Positions 33,133-41,550 of a DNA stretch of 41,550 nt are shown piece by piece. The first letter of the stretch is position 1. Every line of letters starts with the position of its first letter. The position numbers and the translations under genes are program-made. This DNA comes from Trichomonas gallinae (taxonomy: Eukaryota): NCBI GenBank assembly GCA_008369845.1, contig MRSU01004714.1, forward strand, positions 1 through 41,550, read 5' to 3'. Below the pieces are notes generated by a model. The model saw only the letters and a program-made list of their open reading frames with translations. It did not search any database and was not told the DNA's origin.

Positions 33133-35298
33133 ACACAAAAGAAAAACTATTAAAAAACCCTAAATAAGAAAAAAAAAATTTTCGCTCACAAATTTTTCTT
33201 TCTCAAAATACTTGAGTTCACATTTTACGAGATTTTCCCTTTCTGCTCACATTTAACCCTAATGAAGCAACTAGCATTGTTTAGCATCTATTATGATATA
33301 TATCTATTCAGGTCTCGATGGGCAAATCTGAGTATATGAAGAGATATGAAGTATTAAAATCATTGCTTTCAAAAATTGAGAAGAATACGATAATTTTTCG
33401 AACAAAAGTCGATTACCCGTTAATCAAAAATTTTGTACCAAAAATGATTAAAAACGAGAGAAAGCGCTGATCAAAGTTGTTGTTTTTTATCTTAAAATGT
33501 GTGAATTGTGAAACGATAGAATTATCCATATGATTTTGTCACGTTTTTAGAGGACATGAATAATATTTTTCACTTCTTTCTGTAAATATCTGTTTTCTAC
33601 GCATTGTCAAATTCGAATTTCGTTTTCTAACAAAAATATCCTCTCAATATAAAATTAACTTTTATTTTTAATTTTTAATTAAAAATCTAAAAAATTCGTT
33701 GAAAAAGTCGATTTCCAAACAAATAATTAATAATTTATGATATATAAATATAACTTAACATAATATCAAATTAAATTATAAAAATTACGGAATTTCAAAG
33801 AAGATTTTACAGTTTAAAAATTTTTTCCATGTTGTTTGTTAAATATAAATGTAAATAAGTTCATTAAAACAATTTTAAAGAAAAATTATATTTTACTGTA
33901 CGTTAACTTACAACAATTAAAACCTTTTAACTTTAGGTTAACATTTATCTGTGCTGAGGGCAACAGAATTTGTTATTCATTGAGTTCAACGACCATTTGT
34001 TAAACTTCGATCAAATTTATCAAAAAGCTGACGAGTCTTCGCGCCTATTGGCAGACTTCGTTTCAAACAGGCTTTCAAAGCCTTAACATATTTTGCTCAA
34101 TTTCCGTTAAACATTTCGTCAATTTAATCTATTTGACCTGAAACATTCGATTTTAAACTTTGCATCTACGTGCAATAGATAATACTAGACCATTATGATC
34201 CAATGAGATGGTTTTCAGATCATTTTATTAAATATGCCGGAAAAAATGTTTCCGAAATAAACGACTTAAAATCGAGAGTTGGGGTTAATTTCTTGACCAG
34301 CTGTTTGTATACATTATACACATCATTGCTATCTAATAGATAATGGTTAAATAGCAATTTTAATCCGAATGCATATATCAATACTACGATTCAAGGATTA
34401 ATTTCATCATATAATTGACCAAAATACCATAGTAATTTGGATTATTCGTAGAGAAATCACCATTTATGATGAAAGTTTCGTTGGCCTCAAAATCCAACAA
34501 AAAACAATCACCAATATGACAGTTAACACACTCTTCACTAAATATACTACATATAGAAAACACAAGCACAAAGAGATCAGAACCAACGATCGCATCTACT
34601 TTAAAAATATTGATTTGATCATTTTGCATTTAATATTCTCTTAATTAGATCCTTAATGTTATAATTTTAAATATATATTCGTCTAATAAACAATTTTGAA
34701 ATTAAGATCGGAGTTCAACCTTCAGCTGATTAGTATTCTAACGTGTATTCGATAAAAAATATAAGTCATTGATAAATAAATTCATTCTCGATGATTTTTC
34801 ATGATTCCTATTTTTGACTTTTTTCATAAGTTTTATCTATTTTCAACACTGTAAACTCTTTGTATAGATATTACATAATCTGATATTTTGATCCGAGTGA
34901 ATTTGATCAAATATTATTTTGATATGAAATTATTTCTCCATTTAAATCTTATATAGCTTTCATAATCAAAATTGAAAACATATAAACACAATTTTATCTA
35001 ATATACTACGAATTCATTCCAAAATCCAATAGTATCAAATTATATCAATTGAATTTTAATATTTATAATGATAACATTGTATACTATTTAATATATAAAC
35101 TATATGACTCAATATATAATCATTGCCAAACATAATAACCTCAAATTAGCTAATCAAAAAAATATATTCAATTAAATTTGTTTTTTTGAGCCTTGAACTT
35201 AATTCTAATCAATAAATATATTATATTTTTAAATTATATTAATGCAAATTATTATGATTGTAAAAATCAATAAATTAAAAATGATATCAATATTTACT

Positions 35299-37356
35299 CT
35301 AAATAGACTTAATGTATTCGTTCCACTTGTTGTCGTCGTGTGCGAAATCGTATGTTTGGTTGATGGAGAGCTTACCGATCTGCTCGATGATCTTATCCTT
35401 CTGTTCATCAGTCAAATCTGATCTCTCCTTTGTTCTATCAACGAGATACTGGCGTGGTCTCTTGATGACCTTCTCCTGTCTCGGTGGCTGAACTGGTTGG
35501 ATCTGCTGGTGTGTGGATTGGGCCGCATTGACGAAAGATGAGATTAAGACTTCTGGTAAGTCAGAAAGGGTTGTAGTATTATAGTAACAGTTAGAGGCGT
35601 GCTCAGCACTCTCGAAGAGGATGGAAGCTCTCTGGCATGGCTCTAATGTATCGAAATTGTATATCATGTTGACTGCCTCAACTTTGAAGCCCTTCTGGTT
35701 GAGGTAATCGTATACGTTCTGGGATGTGTATGACTGTGGGAGGCCGTTGAAGAATAAGAACCTGTCTAAGTAGTCCTTTGGAATATCGATGTTGTGGAGA
35801 AGCTGGTAGGCCTTAATGATTGTGTGGACGGAGTAGACATCATGCCTGATCTTGTTCTCCTTGAGATAACCGAGGATTGCTGTAAGGGATGAATCTTCGC
35901 GATACTGAATCAAAGCATGAATAACGTTGCCGACGTGAATTGTCTTGATAAAGTTGATAGAGCCGCCGTACTGAGAGTATGTTGAGAAGATTTGGGCATC
36001 GCTTGTCGATTCTGGGATATCGAAAACGAAGAGGAAGTTGTTCTTTGCCCACTGTGTCGAGTAGAAGTAGAAGAGGACGTTAGAAACTGAAACTCTTGGG
36101 AAGAGGAATGCGTTCTTTGAGTCTGCTTTAGCTGTAACAGCATCTTCGTACTTCTCGAAGAGAATGAAGCCTGTGAGTGTGGCCTGTGGTGTTGGGCAGA
36201 TGGAAACAGTAACAACACGACCGTACTTAGAGTATTGGGCGCGGAGGGACTGATATGTTGTATTATAGTCTATGTGGTTAAGCATGAGGAAACCAGCTTC
36301 GACTGGCTGCTTGATTGTCGAGCGAGCAATGTATGGGAGGACGCGGATTGGGCGATCTTGGCCTTCGAATGTTGTGCGATCGAGTTTTTCGATAGCTTGC
36401 TGGCGGATTGCCTCAGATTCGTACTCAGCGGAGACGAATGTGTTTGCTAAGTTCTTTGTCGGGACTTCAAAGTGAACGAGGCCACCAACGGATGACAAAT
36501 GCTTCTTGAGAGCTTCGTTGTTGTTTGGCGTGATGTCGGCGACGAAGATGCAGCGGGAGTCGATGAACTGGCGGACTTTCATTGTGATGTGGTTTGGAAC
36601 GCGTGCTGATGTTGTGTAGCCCTTGTTGGAGACTTCTGGATCGGAAATGATCTTGGCTGGGCCCTGGCTGTCAGCAAAGTATACGATTGTATAGGCATCG
36701 ATGCTAAGAACATCTAAGATCTGGCCGTACTTAGCGAAAGTCTGCTTGATCTTGTCTGCCTCGAGGAGTCCCTTGTTGGCGTGGTCGATGGAGATGGCCT
36801 GGTGTGGGAGCTGAACGAGAATGTTTGCTCTGTCCTCGCGTGGAACGAATTTGTCAACATAGACTGGCTGACCCTCAATCAAAGCGTTTTGAAGATCATC
36901 GAGAGCCTTGTTGGCGTCCTCAACTCTGGCGAACTGTACGTAACCGATGTTCTTATCGTTTCCTTTCTTGATAATCTTGCATGAGAGAACTTCACCGTAT
37001 TTGCGGAAGTGACTGTTCAAACTTGCCTCCTCAACCTTAGATGGGAGTTCCTTGATGACCAAATTTGAGTTATAGTTGTGATTGTGAGGATTCATCATCT
37101 GCCATTGAATGTGCAAAGAACTATCACCGACTCTGCTGTAGTTGCACTCCTCAATGACTTTGCTGGCCTGCTCGTGTGTCTCGAATGTCACGAAGGCGCT
37201 GGATGTTGGAGTGTTCTTACGGTTCTTTAATTCGATGTTTGTGATTTTGCCGTACTGCTTGAATAATTCCGCTATGTTATCCTGTGTGATCTCGGCAGGG
37301 AGTCCGCTGACGTATACTGTTGTTTTGTTGTTGGAATCTGGTCCGTTCGTACTCAT
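35299..37356 (-). CDS. Multi-RRM RNA-binding protein, polyadenylate-binding-protein-like
   Basis: RNP2/RNP1 motifs VYVSGL...SAFVTF, LVIKEL...IGYVQF and further degenerate RRMs (IFVADI, LMLNHI...TGFILF, LFVFDI, LFFNGL); then a Gln/Pro linker and short helical C-terminus. C-rich third codon positions suggest high expression. Confidence 0.88.
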   Translation of the reverse strand: MSTNGPDSNNKTTVYVSGLPAEITQDNIAELFKQYGKITNIELKNRKNTPTSSAFVTFETHEQASKVIEECNYSRVGDSSLHIQWQMMNPHNHNYNSNLVIKELPSKVEEASLNSHFRKYGEVLSCKIIKKGNDKNIGYVQFARVEDANKALDDLQNALIEGQPVYVDKFVPREDRANILVQLPHQAISIDHANKGLLEADKIKQTFAKYGQILDVLSIDAYTIVYFADSQGPAKIISDPEVSNKGYTTSARVPNHITMKVRQFIDSRCIFVADITPNNNEALKKHLSSVGGLVHFEVPTKNLANTFVSAEYESEAIRQQAIEKLDRTTFEGQDRPIRVLPYIARSTIKQPVEAGFLMLNHIDYNTTYQSLRAQYSKYGRVVTVSICPTPQATLTGFILFEKYEDAVTAKADSKNAFLFPRVSVSNVLFYFYSTQWAKNNFLFVFDIPESTSDAQIFSTYSQYGGSINFIKTIHVGNVIHALIQYREDSSLTAILGYLKENKIRHDVYSVHTIIKAYQLLHNIDIPKDYLDRFLFFNGLPQSYTSQNVYDYLNQKGFKVEAVNMIYNFDTLEPCQRASILFESAEHASNCYYNTTTLSDLPEVLISSFVNAAQSTHQQIQPVQPPRQEKVIKRPRQYLVDRTKERSDLTDEQKDKIIEQIGKLSINQTYDFAHDDNKWNEYIKSI

Positions 37357-38326
37357 CTGAAAGTGGCCAAATCAAAGCTTCTCAATTTTAAGACCAAGGC
37401 CTTAGAAATTTAAATATTGCATATTTGGATTGGTTATAATAAAATATAGCTATTTTTAATGAAGAAATCGACAAAAAGCGAATAATTAAGCCTAAAAAAT
37501 ATATTTTTATAAATATATGATGGATGAGAATAAAAACCTCTATTTTTGATGAAAAATTAAAACTCAAATTTTTCGAAAAAAATTAAAAATTTCAAAATTT
37601 ATAAATTTGATATCTATTATACATGATAATACTATATTTAACAAAAATTTTGAAATTTATCAAGTCAATATTCTCAAAAAAATTATTTTTTATTCCTTAT
37701 AAAAGAATATGCGTTGTATTGATGATTTAGATGAAAATTTCGACAAATTCGGATTTTTAAATTTTTATCGCTGTGTTTTAGTTGGATAATGCAATTAAAG
37801 CAAAATATTAAAATATATTTAAGTTAATCTAGATTTTCTAACAAAATGCACATTACATAATGAAAAGAATCGGCAGGGTATTGTAATAAACATAAAAGAG
37901 AAATTCATGACTGATTTATTATCAGAGTCAAATGTATCGTATATGTCCGTTTGGAAAATCATTAGGTACAAATGATTTGAAAACTTCAATATTACATAGT
38001 TCAACAAAACATATTTGCAGAAATCGTTTTGATAAAAAGATATATCTTCATTTTTTAATCTTACTCTCATACATAAATGGTACATCATGGAAGAATAGTA
38101 TAGCTCAAAATTTCGATATTCAGCCACTTAATCAAGCAAATTAATTTTTTCAAAAAACAAATCATTATGTTTTGATGATTCGTCTTGCATTGTATTGATT
38201 GGCATCTAAATTGGATGCTTACATTTTATTACTTTTGATCTAATCAAACAAAACATATCTACATATTAAATTTGACACTTTTCATAATGTAAAATGTAAA
38301 GTAGAGCTTCTGTTTCAAACCTTTAG

Positions 38327-39013
38327 ATACCTTCTGATAAACCAGCTTACAATCCATCACTGCCCAATGTCACTAATTTTAGTGATTCCAACTATGCAAA
38401 TGCATTCTATCTTAGCGGATATAGAGTCAAACATGAGTATAACAGAGACTGGCTATTAGTTTTACACCATAATTCAAAATATAATCAATATTTTTCAATT
38501 GCCAATGTTGATCATATTGTTACATCAAATCTTTACAGCGTCATCAGAGATATTGAGAAAAACACATCAGCATTCATCTCTGAAGATAAATTTCGCTTGC
38601 TTTTAGAATATCCACAATTAAAAAAATATGAGATTTTTACACAAACAAAATTTATTACAGAAAACGTTACATATACCGGCTATGCCCATGAAGAAGGCAC
38701 TTCGTTTAAGAATTTTCAAGGTTTTGCTCGTTCTCAAGATTATCCAAGATCTTTTATCGACGGAACTCCTCAATCTCAAAATAACTGGTGGTATTCAATC
38801 GGAGACATTGCTTCAGATTGGCCAACTTTCATCCCAGGTCCATATGCAGACGTTAACACACTTGTTCAGCAAGTTGATCTTTGGATAGAAATTCCATCAA
38901 TGACTGCTTTCAAGGACTTCAAAAACATTGCACGCTGTATATCTTGCATCATTGTTGGAACTTGCTATTATTATATGAAATATTTAGTTTTGTATGTTTT
39001 TATTTTAATGTAA
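38327..39013 (+). pseudogene. Family B member 1: 228-codon open frame with no usable ATG (upstream in-frame ATG-TAA at 38294-38299 and TAG at 38324-38326)
   Basis: Manual translation IPSDKPAYNPSLPNVTNFSDSNYANAFYLSGYRVKHEYNRDWLLVLHHNSKY...FRLLLEYPQ is continuous with the 38597 ORF and aligns over its full length with the 40187 ORF. Confidence 0.75.
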
Positions 39014-39370
39014 AAGTATACGATTATTTTCAATTCAATATCAACCACTTTTTATTTTTGTCAATTGACAATTCATTCAATTTTCAATGCTTTTGACATT
39101 TTTGTGAAGCAATAATCAAAGATGTTTAGATAAATTTAGTTTTTGCTTTGACATCAAACCAAGGAATGACAAGAGGTAAGTTTATATCTTGAATATGACC
39201 TTTTTTTTCTGATGCTTCAAAAGGAGTTGTTTATTTATTTAAATTTTAATTTAAATTTTCACAAGAATCTGACTCCGAATAATATATATTTTATTGCAAT
39301 TTCTTGGGTATATTATTCCAATGTAAAAAATAGTTGATAAACATTATCAATATCATCAAAACATCAGTCA

Positions 39371-39985
39371 TTATAGTAAAACAAACACATTAAAATATAA
39401 ATTAATATAATATAGATAACATTGATAAAAAGTACAATCAAAATAATCAACAGTTATGATTCCTTCTATATCAATTCCTGTACTAAATATTGATTGGTGC
39501 CATGGACTAGGTACTATGTAGGAATTTTCGTATTGCGTGAATTTTATATATTTAAAATTTTTCTCATTGTTGAACGTAAATTTTGTTTCAATGGGTAGAC
39601 AATAATATTTGACAAGAGATGATATTCCTATTGGTTGCCGATAAATCTCTGGACATGTGGGATCTGTTGAGTAAATCAACTCTGTCCAATTGATGCCATC
39701 GCTGGAACCAGAAAAACTCCACTTTGTTGGGAAAATATCATTTGCATTTCTGAAAATAAAGGAATTTGGGCGAACTTCATTAAAAGGAAAATAAAATGTA
39801 ATGGATGCATTAATAGGAGTATTAATATTAGAATTATATGGATCTCCAAATTTGATATAATTTTCTTTGGAGTTTGGATAATTCCCTACAATATATTTTG
39901 GAATATCGTTCTTATGAAGCTCAGCGAGAGTCTTGATTAAATACTTTATTAATAAATCAATAAATTTAAACTTATCAAGATAGCA
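39371..39985 (-). pseudogene. F5/8 type C (discoidin/galactose-binding-like) domain protein with hydrophobic C-tail: 204-codon open frame containing no Met; nearest ATG (39986) is out of frame
   Basis: Manual upstream extension of the 39679 ORF gives ...NASITFYFPFNEVRPNSFIFRNANDIFPTKWSFSGSSDGINWTELI...FKYIKFTQYENS, a discoidin-like W.F.GS.DG.NW and (R/K)YI(R/K)F signature. Confidence 0.7.
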
Positions 39986-40180
39986 TTAAAAATTATGTCA
40001 CTTTTAATTCAAAAGAGAAAGATTTATAATCTTTTCAAATAAAGGAGTTTTGATTCAACCAACTTAAAATTTAGAATCAGCTCGATAAAAGAATATGAAT
40101 GAGATACAATTTATAAAAATATTGTCACATTTTAAAGGTTATTTACAGTACAAGTAGTTGTCAATTTTTTAAATTTATAA

Positions 40181-40843
40181 ATGTAATTGGTAAATTACAC
40201 AAATTACAACAATTCCTATTTCAATAATTCATACTTCTTAAATGGTTACAGAGTCAAATACGAATATGATCGAGATTGGCTACTTGTACTACACCATAAT
40301 TCCAAGTTTAACGACTATTTTACTAAAAACAATGTTTATCATATTACAAGTAAAAATTTATATAGCATCATTGATCCTCTCAAGAAGTACTCAGAGTATT
40401 TTCGAAAAGATGACCAATTCCGATTTCTTCTCGAATATCCGCAGATTTACTCATACGAAATCTTTACCCAAGCTACATTTCTCGATGAAAATATTTCCTC
40501 TACAGGCTATAAATATGAAAATGGAACAAAATTTAGAGGTTTCGAAGGTTTTGCAAAATCAGGCAATGCTGCAAATACATTGATTGATGGAAGTCCTTCA
40601 AATAATGATTTATGGTGGTATTCCATCGGCTGCATTTGCTCTTATTGGTATAAATTTATTCCTGGACCAACATATGAAGAATATGTTTTTGTTCAGCAAG
40701 TTGATCTTTGGATTGAAATTCCTTCAATATCATCATTGAGAGAATTTCAAAATTTTGCTCGCTGTATATCATGTAACTTAAAACAGAACACATTTTTCAG
40801 CTCTATGCATATATTACTGCTACAAGTTATAATATTACTCTGA
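40181..40843 (+). pseudogene. Family B member 2: ATG-TAA-TTG followed by a 218-codon open frame; aromatic-rich domain (possibly fibrinogen/intelectin-like) with hydrophobic C-tail
   Basis: 40181 reads ATG TAA TTG GTA AAT TAC. Motifs DWLLVLHHNS, FRFLLEYPQ, IDGSP, WWYSIG, FIPGP and VQQVDLWIEIPS are shared with 38327-39013. The fold assignment is tentative. Confidence 0.75.
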
Positions 40844-41405
40844 AAAATGAATCTGATCAGATCTGCATATTTAATTTTTATCCTAAAATAGCTTTAACTA
40901 TTTTTTTTATTTTTGGATGAATATTGAGTATCTTCAATAAAGATTATGAAAAATGATGATATTGATTTGATTTTGAAGTGGATCATATATATTGTCTGGA
41001 AATATTAACTTTTCAATATGTAGTTTCCCGTATTTTTATATAAGGACATTCTTTGCTATTAGCAATTTGCTGTATCAAAAATCATTAAAATATAAACAGC
41101 TTTCGAAAATAAACCGAGATACAGAATGTTATCATTGCAAGTAAGAACAAAATAATTTTTATTTTTTCGATCAGAATAGCGATTTTTAGGATCTATATAG
41201 GTTCAGAAATAATTATTTACCAGAAGGGGTAAACGCAGCCGATGGAATCAAGCGATTTTTTATTTCTTCATTAAAAGATATGTTACTTCATTAAATCAGA
41301 TTGACTTTTTTTATTTTGTCATATATTCAAAATGTTTCCATTACATTGAATTTACAAAAGTGGATTTATAGTATCAGAAATGCACTAAAACAATAATATC
41401 CAAAA

Positions 41406-41477
41406 AGTTCTGTAGTGCTGCGGTTATCACTTGGGACTTTGAATCCCGAAATCCAGGTTCGACACCTGGTAGAACCT
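41406..41477 (+). tRNA. trnQ: tRNA-Gln, anticodon TTG (41439-41441); atypical, possibly a pseudogene
   Basis: Cloverleaf: acceptor AGTTCTG/TAGAACC, D-arm GTG..CAC, anticodon stem TGGGA/TCCCG with loop CTTTGAA, T-arm CCAGG-TTCGACA-CCTGG; followed by a T run. Confidence 0.9.
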
Positions 41478-41487
41478 TTTTTTTTTA
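41477..41487 (+). terminator. Oligo-dT RNA polymerase III terminator
   Basis: Run of about 11 T immediately after the tRNA 3' end. Confidence 0.75.
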
Positions 41488-41550
41488 TTATTTATGCATT
41501 TTGCAATTTTGAATTTTGTTATTGCAATAATCACATTAATATGAAAACAA

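Noticed and set aside
33930..34629. 81-aa ORF plus downstream stop-riddled, coding-like sequence as a pseudogene
   Set aside because: Possibly a decayed gene, but it has many stops and no recognisable family, so it cannot be supported without a homology search.
37819..38144. Opposing 102-aa and 70-aa ORFs, and the similar 17651-17836 and 30450-30647 ORFs
   Set aside because: Composition is that of AT-rich intergenic DNA, with no motifs or paralogues in the window.
254..40583. Numerous short ORFs overlapping or antisense to the main genes (e.g. 1515-1748, 6276-6518, 10143-10565, 32275-32691, 35910-36218, 40242-40583)
   Set aside because: Shadow frames of well-supported CDSs with no recognisable motifs.
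481..40843. Genome-wide stop-codon reassignment (TAA/TAG=Gln or TGA=Trp) as the explanation for the blocked starts
   Set aside because: Conserved genes here have no internal stops and end normally at TAA or TAG, and the blocking lesions differ in type (TAA, TAG, TGA, frameshift).
1..41550. Maverick/Polinton, Tc1/mariner or other transposon genes common in Trichomonas genomes
   Set aside because: No integrase, transposase, polymerase B or long terminal inverted repeats were recognised.

Overview
AT-rich eukaryotic genomic DNA with intronless genes, most consistent with a Trichomonas-like parabasalid. Supporting signs: TCA(C/T)T initiator elements just before several ATGs, a hydrogenosome-type IscS, a DUF3447-type ankyrin protein and trichomonad-style Cys/Asn-rich gene families. 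The species cannot be fixed from sequence alone. Recognisable genes: ankyrin-repeat protein, PH-domain AGC (Akt-like) kinase, enolase with an N-terminal extension, cysteine desulfurase, CK1-family kinase, TBC Rab-GAP, 7TM membrane protein, EamA/DMT transporter, double-PHD plus pseudo-SET chromatin protein, multi-RRM PABP-like protein and an atypical tRNA-Gln(TTG). Two accessory clusters (about 15.5-24.1 kb and 38.3-40.9 kb) hold seven Cys/Asn/Ser/Tyr-rich putative surface or secreted protein genes with hydrophobic C-terminal tails and no clear N-terminal signal peptide. The most striking pattern: four of the seven have a long uninterrupted reading frame, but their nearest upstream ATG is cut off by a stop within the first nine codons. 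No CRISPR array, rRNA or recognisable transposase was seen.
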